A stretch of DNA of 64,000 bases from a bacterium (lineage in GTDB: Bacteria; SAR324; XYD2-FULL-50-16), in contig JAVVEA010000002.1 of NCBI GenBank assembly GCA_032250835.1, forward strand, positions 341,881 to 405,880, read 5' to 3'. Positions 30,218 through 40,156 of the stretch are shown here, piece after piece. Each line of letters begins with the position of its first letter. The stretch's first letter is position 1. The notes below the pieces were generated by a model that worked only from the letters and a program-made list of their open reading frames with translations, was not told the origin of the DNA and did not search any database. Made by a program: the position numbers and the translations under genes.

Positions 30218-30275
30218 GTTCCCTCTGTTCAAAGATTCCCCCTCTGGGTATCCTGCTAAGAAAACAGCAGGCCAA

Positions 30276-31301
30276 ATGACCCGAGATCTCCACCAGCAGA
30301 AAAATCCGCGACTAGCCATCGAAGAGACTTTGGCGTCTCAGGCCTTGGTGATCGACGTGCGTTCGCCCAAGGAATTTGAATCCGGCCATGTGCCCGGTGC
30401 GGTCAACATCCCCCTCTTAGACGACCAGGAACGCCACCTGATCGGTATCTTATACAAACAATCGGGTCCCCAAGCGGCGGTAGACCAGGGGTATCAATAT
30501 TTTGAGCCCAAACAGGTTCAGCTATTGGGTCAGTTGCAAGCGCTGCCTAAAGACCGCCCCTGGGCGGTGCTTTGCGCCCGAGGTGGGATGCGCAGCCAGG
30601 TGATGGCGGGCTTTATCCGCCACAGCGGCTTTGAAGCACGGCAGGTTACCGGCGGCTATAAGGCCTACCGTAGCTATTGCTTGGAGCGCTTCGCTCAGTT
30701 TGATTTTAGCCAGTTAGTGGTGCTACATGGGCAGACCGGTGTGGGCAAAACACTGGTGATCCACCACTTGGACAATGCCTTGGATTTAGAGGGCTACGCC
30801 AACCACCGGGGTAGTATGTTCGGCGGGGTGGGGCTGGTTCCGCACAGTCAAAAGCAATTTGAGGGGCTTTTGGAAGCCCAACTGCGCGCCGCCGATTGGG
30901 GGCGGCCGGTTTTTGTCGAAGGAGAAAGCCGCAAGATCGGGCCGGTGTCGGTACCCTCCGAGTTATTTGCGGCCATGCAGGGGGCGCGCTGTTTGTTGCT
31001 TAAGGCACCCTTAGCCTTGCGGGCCCAGCGGATCATTGCCGAGTATATCGAACAGCAGGCCCCGCACCGCGCCCGCATCCGGGAGTTGATCAGCCGCCTG
31101 TACCCGGATTTGGGGCATGCGCGGGTCGCTGAATTGTTGCAGTGGTTCGACGCCGAAGACTTTCAACCCTGCTTTGAGGCCATTTTGGCAGAGTACTACG
31201 ACCCCAAATACAACCACAGCCTCAAACACTATTCTTTTGAAGCGGAGCTGGACGTGCTGGAGATCGAGTCGGCCTCAAAGCTATTAAATCAGTGGGGTTG
31301 A
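30276..31301 (+). CDS. mnmH: tRNA 2-selenouridine synthase
   Basis: Rhodanese DVRSP.EF..GH.PGA.NIPL, CARGGMRS, GGYKAYR; P-loop GQTGVGKT; DLEG.ANHRGS.FG; EGESRKIG. Confidence 0.93.
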   Translation: MTRDLHQQKNPRLAIEETLASQALVIDVRSPKEFESGHVPGAVNIPLLDDQERHLIGILYKQSGPQAAVDQGYQYFEPKQVQLLGQLQALPKDRPWAVLCARGGMRSQVMAGFIRHSGFEARQVTGGYKAYRSYCLERFAQFDFSQLVVLHGQTGVGKTLVIHHLDNALDLEGYANHRGSMFGGVGLVPHSQKQFEGLLEAQLRAADWGRPVFVEGESRKIGPVSVPSELFAAMQGARCLLLKAPLALRAQRIIAEYIEQQAPHRARIRELISRLYPDLGHARVAELLQWFDAEDFQPCFEAILAEYYDPKYNHSLKHYSFEAELDVLEIESASKLLNQWG

Positions 31302-31302
31302 G

Positions 31303-32337
31303 TTGATTAAAGCGCTTGTTTTTTGGGGGCTTTCTTGGATTGGTCGGGCCTTTTATTGCGGTTGGAAGGCCCTTTATGTTACGGGAATAAAGAAGCCCTA
31401 CCGCAGCCGTGTCCCGGTGGTCAGTATCGGCAACTTGACCGTCGGCGGGACCGGTAAGACGCCTGTGGCCGATTGGTTGGTGGGGCAGTTGGAATCTTGG
31501 GGGCACCGTCCCGCCTTACTGAGCCGTGGCTATGGCCGCGGGGCAGGGCCGCGCACCCTATTGTTGGATGCTACTAAACCCGAAGGCGGACCGGAGCTCT
31601 ACGGCGATGAGCCCTGGCTCCTGCACCAACACCACCCAGACCTACTTTTAGCCATTGATTCGAAACGGGACCGGGCGGCTCAGCTGGTAGAAAATCAGGT
31701 GGATTTATTGCTTCTGGACGATGGCTTCCAGCATTGGCGTATCCACCGGGACCTGGATTTGGTCCTGATCGACGCCTTGGCCGGGTTAGGCAACGGGGCC
31801 CGCATTCCGGCAGGCCCGCTGCGTGAACCTTTGAGCGCGCTTAAAAGGGCCCATGCCTTGCTTGTCACCAAGAGCAATTGGGCCGATCCAGCACCGCTGA
31901 TTGCCCGAGTCCGGCCTTATCTGGCCGAGGGGACGCCGGTCTTTGAGTTGAGCTACCGGCCTAGTGCTTGGGTGGCCTTGGACGGGGCGGCGCGTTTGGC
32001 GGTCTCGGAACTCATCGGGCGCAAGGTCTGGGCCTTCTGTGGGATCGGCAACCCGCAAGGGTTTGTTAAGGCTTTAGAGGGGCTATCGGTAGCAATAATG
32101 GGGCTTACCGTTTTAAGAGACCATCAGGCCTATGATGCCGAACTAATGGCCGCTATTGAGGAACAGGCCGTTGATGCCGGGGCCGAGTTATTGGTCTGCA
32201 CCGAAAAAGATGCCGTCAAATTAGCCGGGCTAGCCAGTCCGAACTTGGGCTATTTGGCGATGGAATTGGGCGTACCTGACCGGTTGACGGAATTCATTCG
32301 AACCGGGCTTGACACCGCAACCTCACGAAGAACATGA
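31303..32337 (+). CDS. lpxK: Tetraacyldisaccharide 4'-kinase
   Basis: SIGNLTVGGTGKTP, SRGYG, GDEP, LDDGFQH, PAGPLREP, TEKDAVK. Confidence 0.95.
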   Translation: MIKALVFWGLSWIGRAFYCGWKALYVTGIKKPYRSRVPVVSIGNLTVGGTGKTPVADWLVGQLESWGHRPALLSRGYGRGAGPRTLLLDATKPEGGPELYGDEPWLLHQHHPDLLLAIDSKRDRAAQLVENQVDLLLLDDGFQHWRIHRDLDLVLIDALAGLGNGARIPAGPLREPLSALKRAHALLVTKSNWADPAPLIARVRPYLAEGTPVFELSYRPSAWVALDGAARLAVSELIGRKVWAFCGIGNPQGFVKALEGLSVAIMGLTVLRDHQAYDAELMAAIEEQAVDAGAELLVCTEKDAVKLAGLASPNLGYLAMELGVPDRLTEFIRTGLDTATSRRT

Positions 32338-33278
32338 ACCGCGAAGAACGCATCAGAGCTGCCCACCAGGGGATTTTAGAAACCTACGAAATCCATGGCG
32401 GCATCAACCACATCGACGAAACCAATCTCCCCTCAGTCGGAGAAGTGGTGGACATCATCAAAAAGACGATGTTTTTGCTCTTTCCGGGTTTTTACAACCT
32501 AGAAAAGATCCACAAGGGAAACCTGGAGAGCTGGAGCGGTTACCTACTAGACAGCCTCTTCGAGCGCCTCTACCGCCAGATCACCAAAAGTATCTGCTTC
32601 GTGGACCGCGACTCGCCGCACAGCAAACATGTTTCGGAGGCCGAGCGGGTCACCTTAGAAATTTTAGAAAGCATCCCCAAGATCCGCAGCCTGCTCAAAA
32701 AAGATGTCAGTGCCGCTTACTTCGGTGACCCTGCGGCGCGCAATCATGAGGAGGTGATCCTCTCTTACCCTTCGGTCCAAGCGGTGGCCATGTACCGGTT
32801 CGCCCATGAAATGTACCTGCGGGATGTGCCTTTGATCCCGCGCATGATCAGCGAATATGCCCATGGCCAGACGGGGATTGATATCCATCCGGGGGCCAGG
32901 ATTGGCGAGAGCTTTTTTATCGACCACGGAACCGGGGTGGTGATCGGCGAAACCTGCGTGATCGGCGAACGGGTCAAAATATACCAAGGTGTCACCCTCG
33001 GTGCGTTGAGCTTCAAAAAAGACGTGACCGGGGCTCTGGTCAAGGGCCTCAAACGCCACCCCACTATTGAAGATGACGTGATCTTGTATGCAGGCTGCAA
33101 TATCCTGGGCGGTACCACCACCATCGGCAAAGGATCAGTGATCGGCGGTAACGTTTGGATCACTGAGTCCGTCGAACCTGGTACGGTGATCACCTTTGAC
33201 GTGACCAAACAAGAGTACCGGCGGATTCAGAAAGGCGTTGAAATTGATCTAGATTTTTTCTTAGGCAGCGGGATTTAA
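32334..33278 (+). CDS. cysE: Serine O-acetyltransferase
   Basis: GDPAA, TGIDIHPGA.IG..FFIDHGTGVVIGET, QGVTLG, KRHPT. Confidence 0.93.
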   Translation: MNREERIRAAHQGILETYEIHGGINHIDETNLPSVGEVVDIIKKTMFLLFPGFYNLEKIHKGNLESWSGYLLDSLFERLYRQITKSICFVDRDSPHSKHVSEAERVTLEILESIPKIRSLLKKDVSAAYFGDPAARNHEEVILSYPSVQAVAMYRFAHEMYLRDVPLIPRMISEYAHGQTGIDIHPGARIGESFFIDHGTGVVIGETCVIGERVKIYQGVTLGALSFKKDVTGALVKGLKRHPTIEDDVILYAGCNILGGTTTIGKGSVIGGNVWITESVEPGTVITFDVTKQEYRRIQKGVEIDLDFFLGSGI

Positions 33279-33362
33279 ATTAGACTGAATTACTGGCCTC
33301 TTGGTTCAAGCTTGTTTATACTGGAACCATGCGGGTCCCCAGGAATAACCCTTTGGAGCTTT

Positions 33363-35534
33363 ATGGATAGCGCAACCAGAGAAACCATTCGAGAACAGTT
33401 GGCCGGGCCTAGGGCCCAGTTGGAAGCCAATCTACTCAACGCTGACCTGCGCGAATGTAAGCTCACCGATCTGGGCGACATCATGCTGCCCTTCGATGCC
33501 TTAACCCAGGTCTACCACCAACACGGCCTGAGCGACTTTGAACAGTCCATTGCCTTCTGTAACAACCTCTTAGGTGACATTGCTACGGAGCACATCAGCC
33601 ATTTTACTGGTTTGAGCTACGTTTTGGCGGTCTACGAATTGATGGACGAGGTGACCGCCAGCTATTTAGAGGGCAACGAAGACCTGAGTAACTTCCATCA
33701 GTTTCTAGAAAAGATCCAGCAAACCTTCAAGGGCGTTGAAAACGTTAAGGCGGCGTTAGCGGCGCCAGAACAAACCATCGTCCAAGACATGCCGCCGATG
33801 GACATTGTCCAAGACGGCTCGGTATCGGACTTTATCAGCGAAGTGACCGAAGGGTTGGAGTTAGTTGAAGAAAGCTTGTTGGAATTAGAACGCGACCCCG
33901 GCCAATTAAGCTTGGTGGATACCGTGTTCCGCATGATGCACACCATCAAAGGTACCTCCGGCTTTTTGGGTATGCCCACCATCGGCAAGATCGGCCACCG
34001 CACCGAAGATATTTTAGGCGAAATCCGCGACGGCAAACGGGGGCTAGACGCCAACGTATTTGACCTCATGTTCCGGTCCGTGGATACGCTGAAAAACTTG
34101 ATCGCCCAGTTGGTGGCTATGGTTCAGGGCAAACCAGTAGAGCCGGTGAACATTGGCAAGTTCTTTAAGGCGCTAGAAACGGTCCAAGGAAGCCTGACCG
34201 AGCCCGGAGCGACCCCCGCCCCGCCCCCGCCCCGCCCGCCAGCGGCCAGTCCGGGCGAAGCCGAAGAATCTATTGAGGAGGTCGAGGAATCTTCTGCCAG
34301 CAGTGAAGCCCCTGCTGCTCCCGCCGCCGAAGCTAGTGGCCGCAAAGGGAGCGCCGGTAAGATCCAAGAGATGTTAAAAGTCCCTGCCGAACGGCTTGAT
34401 GAGTTGTCCAATCTGGTGGGCGAGATGGTGGTGGCCTTGAGTTTGCTGACCCAAAACCCGGTGGTTTTCGAGCTGGCAGACCGCAACGTACACGCTCAGT
34501 TAGATCACCTTGACAAGATCACCGAAAGCTTACGCGACAAGGTTTTGGGCATCCGCATGTTCCCGATCGGTACGGTCTTTTCGAAGCTGAGCCGTCAGGT
34601 GCGCGACCTTTCGCAAAAGTCAGGCAAAAAGATTAATTTGGAAGTGATCGGTGCTGATACCTTGGTGGATAAGTCGATTATCGACAACATCTACGCCCCT
34701 TTGATGCACTTAGTCCGCAACTCCATCGACCACGGCATTGAGCCGCCCGGAGAGCGAGGCGACAAACCCGAAGAGGGCTTGGTGCAGCTAAAGGCCCAGC
34801 ATTTGGGCGATGCTATCGAGATCGAAATCAGCGACGACGGCAAGGGGCTTGACCCGGTCAAGTTACTGGACAAGGCCGAAGAAAAAGGGTTGGTTAAAAA
34901 CCGTGAATCGCTGACTGAAAAGGAAATTTTCGCCTTTATCTTCGCCGCTGGATTCTCTACCGCTAAGGTGGTGACCGATATTTCGGGCCGTGGGGTCGGT
35001 ATGGACGTGGTTCGGCGGACCATTGAAAGCTTGCGGGGGAAGATCGACACGCAGTCTAAATTGGGCGAAGGGACCCGCTTCAGCCTCAAGATGCCCTTGA
35101 CCACCTCGATCATCGAAGGCTTGGTGATCGCTGTGGGCGGGCACCGATTTATCATGCCGATCCTGGACGTCTTACAGACCATCACGCCCACCTCCGGCGA
35201 CCTCAAAGGGGTGCAGGGCAAGGAAGACGAATTCTTCTTGCTCGCCGGGGAGATGATCCCCATCCTGCGGCTTTACGAGATTTACCGGATCGAGCCGAAG
35301 ATCACCAATCCCTCTAAGTCGGTCGTGGTGGTGGTGACCGCCGGGAACCGCAAGTATGGGATCATGGTCGACGAGTTGTTGCACCGCCAACAGATTGTGA
35401 TCCAACCGCTAGGCGAGCGTTTTAAACACCTCAAAGGGCTTTCGGGCGGGACCATCTTGGGCGACGGGCGGGTTGGCTTGATTTTAGACCCCGTCAGTTT
35501 GATCCAAGGGCTGCATTTGCACCAGGAAAGCTGA
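33363..35534 (+). CDS. cheA: Chemotaxis histidine kinase CheA
   Basis: Hpt FRMMHTIKG, LVGEMV, HLVRNSIDHGIE, GFSTA..VTDISGRGVGMDVV, C-terminal CheW domain. Confidence 0.95.
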   Translation: MDSATRETIREQLAGPRAQLEANLLNADLRECKLTDLGDIMLPFDALTQVYHQHGLSDFEQSIAFCNNLLGDIATEHISHFTGLSYVLAVYELMDEVTASYLEGNEDLSNFHQFLEKIQQTFKGVENVKAALAAPEQTIVQDMPPMDIVQDGSVSDFISEVTEGLELVEESLLELERDPGQLSLVDTVFRMMHTIKGTSGFLGMPTIGKIGHRTEDILGEIRDGKRGLDANVFDLMFRSVDTLKNLIAQLVAMVQGKPVEPVNIGKFFKALETVQGSLTEPGATPAPPPPRPPAASPGEAEESIEEVEESSASSEAPAAPAAEASGRKGSAGKIQEMLKVPAERLDELSNLVGEMVVALSLLTQNPVVFELADRNVHAQLDHLDKITESLRDKVLGIRMFPIGTVFSKLSRQVRDLSQKSGKKINLEVIGADTLVDKSIIDNIYAPLMHLVRNSIDHGIEPPGERGDKPEEGLVQLKAQHLGDAIEIEISDDGKGLDPVKLLDKAEEKGLVKNRESLTEKEIFAFIFAAGFSTAKVVTDISGRGVGMDVVRRTIESLRGKIDTQSKLGEGTRFSLKMPLTTSIIEGLVIAVGGHRFIMPILDVLQTITPTSGDLKGVQGKEDEFFLLAGEMIPILRLYEIYRIEPKITNPSKSVVVVVTAGNRKYGIMVDELLHRQQIVIQPLGERFKHLKGLSGGTILGDGRVGLILDPVSLIQGLHLHQES

Positions 35535-35629
35535 TAGAAAGCATTGAAGGGCAACGGAAAATGGGTTATCCTTTGAGTGAGGATTATCCGCAAGAATTAT
35601 GAAATGGCCGGCGCAGCCGAGGAGGCAAG

Positions 35630-36154
35630 ATGGGAGACAAAGCAAAACAGCTATTTGAAGATTCCGGTGGCAAGCTGCTGACCTTCATTATCGGCAACCA
35701 AGAATATGGGATCCAGATTTTAGAAGCCCGCGAGGTGGTGGGGATGATGCCCATCGAGCCGGTACCGCAAACGCCGAAATTCATGAAAGGGGTGATCAAC
35801 CTGCGCGGCAGCATCATTCCGGTGATCGACCTCCGCACTAAGTTCGGTATGGAGGCCAAAGAGGCCACGGCGGAATCCTGTATCGTCAAGGTGGACATCA
35901 AGGGCCGGGCGACTGGCTGCATCGTTGATTTTTTGGTTGGTGTGGTGACCATTGACGCCAAGGAGTTTGAGGAAAGCCCCGAATTAGGCCACAACATCCA
36001 TACAGACTTTATTTTGGGGATGGCCAAATTGGATAAGCGGGTGATCATCATCCTCGACATGGAAGCCGTACTTTCCAATGACGAGCTGCTGGAAATCCAC
36101 GAAAACCATCAGACCGTGGAGGCTACGAAAGCCGAGGCCAGTGCCGCTGAATAA
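35630..36154 (+). CDS. cheW: Chemotaxis coupling protein CheW
   Basis: VP.TP..MKGVINLRGSIIPVIDLR.KFG. Confidence 0.95.
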   Translation: MGDKAKQLFEDSGGKLLTFIIGNQEYGIQILEAREVVGMMPIEPVPQTPKFMKGVINLRGSIIPVIDLRTKFGMEAKEATAESCIVKVDIKGRATGCIVDFLVGVVTIDAKEFEESPELGHNIHTDFILGMAKLDKRVIIILDMEAVLSNDELLEIHENHQTVEATKAEASAAE

Positions 36155-36221
36155 GTCGAATTCTTGGGCTCCGGCTGCCGCCGGACGCTCTTCCTGCCAA
36201 CCAGTCCTTTAAGGGGGAGGC

Positions 36222-38438
36222 TTGCGCTATCCTCTGTATCTTATTCTTTTGTTGCTGGCCCTGCCGTTGCTGATCACTGGGTGGTACGCAGACCGTAGCC
36301 TAGGACGTTTCCAACAGGAATTAGCCCAGCTGCTGTTGTCGCGCCACTTGAGTGAGGATTTAAGCGAGCAGCCCCGCCCCTTGGATGACATTGCCTTGGC
36401 CCAAATGGTAGCTCGTCAGGAGATGGGTCTTTGGGTCTACTGGCTCGACAGCACCAACCAAGTCCGGGCCGTCAACCGGGCCGAGTCCCCGGCTGAGTTA
36501 GAAGCCAAAGACTTGATGGATTGGTCGATCCGCCAACCAGCCGCAGCGCCTCTGCACTCGGCCCAAGGTCGTTGGGTCATGGCTCGAAGTTCGTTGGAGG
36601 TTTACGGAAGGCCCGGTGAATGGCTGTTTTATCTGCGCGCCAGTGAAGACTTTGGCGACCGGTTGCTGCCCTTCCACCGGACTTTTTGGGCCATGGCCCT
36701 CTTCGGCGGTTTGGCGGCCTTGTTGGTCGGTTGGTATTACTGGATGCGGGTCCAGCGCCCGATTGACCTGATCTTAAAAAAGGACCGGCTCTTTTCTAGG
36801 CAAGGTTTGGTGCAGGAAGCCCAAATCGACCGCAGCCTGATCGGACGCCATGACTTGGGCGACATCATGACCTCGCGCAACGAGATCTTAGAGAAAATAT
36901 TTCTCGACTCGGCCCGCCAAGACATTATCCTCAACAGCCTGCACGATGCGCTCTTTGTTTTTGGCCCCGACGCCAAAATCAAGAAGATCAACTTCCCCGC
37001 CGCTATGTTGGTCGGCAAAAGCGAACCGGAACTGATCGGCAAACAGGCCGCTGATTTGGCGACCAACCCAAACCAGCCATGGATCGATCATTGGTGGAAT
37101 AACTACCGCTTTTCCAGTGAGCACCCGACCTTCGAGGCGCAACTCAAAAGCAGCACCGATGAGGCGATTCCGGTGCTCTGTTCAGCGGAACTTTTGATCA
37201 GCCCTTCAGGGCAATTTGATGGTATGCTGTTGGTTTGCCGTGATTTAAGCCATGCCAAACAGCTCCAAGCCGAGGTAGACCTACTTTCGATGGTAGCCGA
37301 ACAAAGTCCGGTGGGGCTCTTGGTGATGGACTTGACGGGGCAGGTAGAACAGGTCAACCAAGCCTTTGAAGAAATCAGCGGACGCCTCTCTAGCGAGTTG
37401 GTTGGCGAGCCTTGGGACTTACTGGGCTCCCCGGAACTGCCCCCACCGCTGCGCACGGAATTGGGTGCGGCGCTCAATACCCGCAGCGGGTGGACCGCAG
37501 AGCTACGTTTTGAACGCCCAGGCGGCAGCATCTGGCAGCGCCACCGGTTGATTCCGGTCCGCGACAGCTTAGGGCATGTGGTCCGTTTTGCTTTGTTGGT
37601 CGAAGACATCACCGAGCCCAAGCGGCTGGAACTGGCCTTAAAAGAAGCGAACCGCGACCTCGAATTTAAAGTGGAAGAACGGGTGGCAGAGCTCAAAGAA
37701 GCCACCGAAAAGCTGGAGCGCGCCAATCAGGATTTGACCAGTCTGGACCGGCTTAAAGATGAGTTCCTGGCGGTGGCCTCCCATGAGTTGCGCACCCCCT
37801 TGGCGGCGATCATCGGTTATGCCGAAAGCTTGATTGAGTTAAACCTGGACCCGGGCCAACGCAATAAATTTCTCAACACCATCTTAAGCGAAAGCGAGCG
37901 TTTGAGTCTGTTGATCAATGAAGTCTTGGATCTTTCGGCCATGGCGGCGGGCAAGCTGGAATTCCGCTGGACCCAAGTCGACCTAGACGCGGTGGTCGGT
38001 TCGGCCTTAGATACGCTGGCTGGATTGGCCGGGGACAAGAAAATCCAGCTAGATTTTGAGCCCAGCGGACTCAAGTTGTCAGGTGACCCAGACCGGTTGG
38101 TCCAGTTGCTGATTAACTTAGTGGGTAATGCCTTGAAATTCTCGCCCATTCAGGGCAAAGTCGAGGTCCGGGCTGGGGTCGAAGGGCCGGAAAGTATCCG
38201 CCTCGAGGTGCGTGACTTTGGCCGAGGGATCCCCGAAGGGGCCATGGATCAGATATTTGACCGCTTCCATCAGATCGAAAACCCCGAAACGAACCGCAAG
38301 GGCACCGGTTTGGGGTTGACCTTGGCGCGCATGATTGTCGAAGCCCATGGCGGGCAAATTTGGGCTGAAAATAGAGAACCGGGGGCTTTGTTTATCTGCC
38401 TTTTTCCGGTCAACCATCAGGGGGAAAGCGATGTTTGA
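36222..38438 (+). CDS. Membrane sensor histidine kinase with two PAS domains
   Basis: Two TM segments, PAS-PAS, ASHELRTPL, NLVGNALKF, GTGLGL. Confidence 0.92.
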   Translation: MRYPLYLILLLLALPLLITGWYADRSLGRFQQELAQLLLSRHLSEDLSEQPRPLDDIALAQMVARQEMGLWVYWLDSTNQVRAVNRAESPAELEAKDLMDWSIRQPAAAPLHSAQGRWVMARSSLEVYGRPGEWLFYLRASEDFGDRLLPFHRTFWAMALFGGLAALLVGWYYWMRVQRPIDLILKKDRLFSRQGLVQEAQIDRSLIGRHDLGDIMTSRNEILEKIFLDSARQDIILNSLHDALFVFGPDAKIKKINFPAAMLVGKSEPELIGKQAADLATNPNQPWIDHWWNNYRFSSEHPTFEAQLKSSTDEAIPVLCSAELLISPSGQFDGMLLVCRDLSHAKQLQAEVDLLSMVAEQSPVGLLVMDLTGQVEQVNQAFEEISGRLSSELVGEPWDLLGSPELPPPLRTELGAALNTRSGWTAELRFERPGGSIWQRHRLIPVRDSLGHVVRFALLVEDITEPKRLELALKEANRDLEFKVEERVAELKEATEKLERANQDLTSLDRLKDEFLAVASHELRTPLAAIIGYAESLIELNLDPGQRNKFLNTILSESERLSLLINEVLDLSAMAAGKLEFRWTQVDLDAVVGSALDTLAGLAGDKKIQLDFEPSGLKLSGDPDRLVQLLINLVGNALKFSPIQGKVEVRAGVEGPESIRLEVRDFGRGIPEGAMDQIFDRFHQIENPETNRKGTGLGLTLARMIVEAHGGQIWAENREPGALFICLFPVNHQGESDV

Positions 38439-39252
38439 ATCGCTTGAGATGAGCGACGAAGAGTTCCGGCTGTACCAACGGCTGATCTATGACTCGGTGG
38501 GTATAAATTTCACGGACAACAAGAAGCAGTTGCTCGTCTCTCGGTTGCGTAAGCGGTTGGAAGTGACGGGCATCAAGTCGTATAAGGAATACCGACAGTT
38601 TGTCCAAGAAGCGGCCCATGGCGACGAGTTTGTGCAGATGCTTAATGTAATCAGCACCAATAAAACCGATTTCTTCCGTGAGCCCCAGCATTTTGAGTTC
38701 CTCAAACGCATGGTTTATCCCATGCTGGCCGGTAAAAACAAGATCCGCATTTGGAGCGCCGCCAGCTCTTCGGGCGAGGAACCCTACACGCTGGGGATTA
38801 CACTCTTAGAAGCTTTGGGCAGCATGGCGGGCAAAGATGTGAAGATCCTGGCCACCGACATCAGCACCAAAGTTCTCGGCGAAGCCGAACAGGGGGTCTA
38901 CAACGAAGAGGCCGTCTCCCCCATTGCCCAGCCCCTTTTACGCAAGTACTTTTTAAAGGGACACAATCGTTGGGCCGGTTACTATTCGGTCCGCGACGAA
39001 CTGCGCCATCTGATTTCCTTTAGGCGGCTTAACCTGATGGAGCCTTTCCCCTTAAAGGGGCAATTCGACTTCATCTTCTGCCGCAACGTAATGATCTATT
39101 TTGACAAACCAACTCGTGAAGATTTGGTCAACCGATTGGGAGAACAGCTGCTTCCTGGCGGGTATCTATTCATCGGCAACGCCGAGAGCTTAAGCGGGCT
39201 CAAAACGAACTTACAATATGTCCAGCCTGCCATCTACCAGCGCAGCAAATAG
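38431..39252 (+). CDS. cheR: Chemotaxis methyltransferase CheR
   Basis: TNKTDFFRE, RIWSAASSSGEEPYT, ATDIS, IFCRNVMIYFD. Confidence 0.95.
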   Translation: MFESLEMSDEEFRLYQRLIYDSVGINFTDNKKQLLVSRLRKRLEVTGIKSYKEYRQFVQEAAHGDEFVQMLNVISTNKTDFFREPQHFEFLKRMVYPMLAGKNKIRIWSAASSSGEEPYTLGITLLEALGSMAGKDVKILATDISTKVLGEAEQGVYNEEAVSPIAQPLLRKYFLKGHNRWAGYYSVRDELRHLISFRRLNLMEPFPLKGQFDFIFCRNVMIYFDKPTREDLVNRLGEQLLPGGYLFIGNAESLSGLKTNLQYVQPAIYQRSK

Positions 39253-39260
39253 GAGGTTCT

Positions 39261-39629
39261 ATGGGATATAAAATTTTGGTGGTAGACGACGAAACGACGA
39301 TCCGTGATTTGGTGGCCTTCCGGCTAGAATTCCATGGGCACCTGGTGCTCACAGCCGAAAACGGGACTAAGGGGCTCGAAAAACTCCGTGCCGAAAAACC
39401 CGATCTGGTGGTTTTGGATGTGATGATGCCGGACCTGACGGGGTTAGAAGTCTTAAAGACCATGAAAGCCGACCCTGAATTGGCCTCTATTAAGGTGATC
39501 ATGTTGACCGCCAAGGGGCGTAAGCAAGACGAAGACGAAGGCCTAGCGGCCGGAGCCGACGCCTATATGGCCAAACCCTTTAGGGCCACCATACTGCTAC
39601 AAAAGATCGAAGGCTTGATGAATGCCTGA
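39261..39629 (+). CDS. Single-domain response regulator
   Basis: VVDD, LDVMMP, MLTA, KPF. Confidence 0.92.
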   Translation: MGYKILVVDDETTIRDLVAFRLEFHGHLVLTAENGTKGLEKLRAEKPDLVVLDVMMPDLTGLEVLKTMKADPELASIKVIMLTAKGRKQDEDEGLAAGADAYMAKPFRATILLQKIEGLMNA

Positions 39630-40149
39630 ACTCACCTCCTTCGGTGGGATGCGCAAACAGTATCACCTGCACCCCGGAGAAATCTTCGTCACTTCCGAAG
39701 ATATGGTGATCAGTACCGTGCTAGGCTCCTGCGTGGCCGTTTGTTTTTGGGACCCCATCAAAAAGGTCGCGGGAATGAACCACGTGATGTTACCCCGAGT
39801 CCCTGCCGACCAGTCCCCCACCACCCGCTACGGTAATGTGGCTACCTTTGTCTTGCTGGAGATGATGCAAGAGCAGGGCTGCCGCAAAGCCAATCTACTG
39901 ACCCGCGTCTTCGGCGGAGCCAATGGCCTCTCTCGCACTTCCAACGGGGCCGCTTCGGTGATGCAGGTAGGCGAAAAGAATATGGAAGTGACCCTCAAGG
40001 TGCTCAAACATTTGGACTTAAGAATCTCCGAACAAGACACCGGCGGAGAAATTGGCCGCAAGATTCTGTTGGACTGCAAGACCGGCCAAGTGTCGATGAA
40101 TTTCTTGCGGCGCTTTGATTTCAAGGAAGAACTTAAGGAAGTTTTATAG
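39622..40149 (+). CDS. cheD: Chemoreceptor glutamine deamidase CheD
   Basis: TVLGSCVAV, GMNH.MLP, FGGA, VGEKN, DTGG..GR. Confidence 0.93.
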   Translation: MPELTSFGGMRKQYHLHPGEIFVTSEDMVISTVLGSCVAVCFWDPIKKVAGMNHVMLPRVPADQSPTTRYGNVATFVLLEMMQEQGCRKANLLTRVFGGANGLSRTSNGAASVMQVGEKNMEVTLKVLKHLDLRISEQDTGGEIGRKILLDCKTGQVSMNFLRRFDFKEELKEVL

Positions 40150-40156
40150 GAGTCCT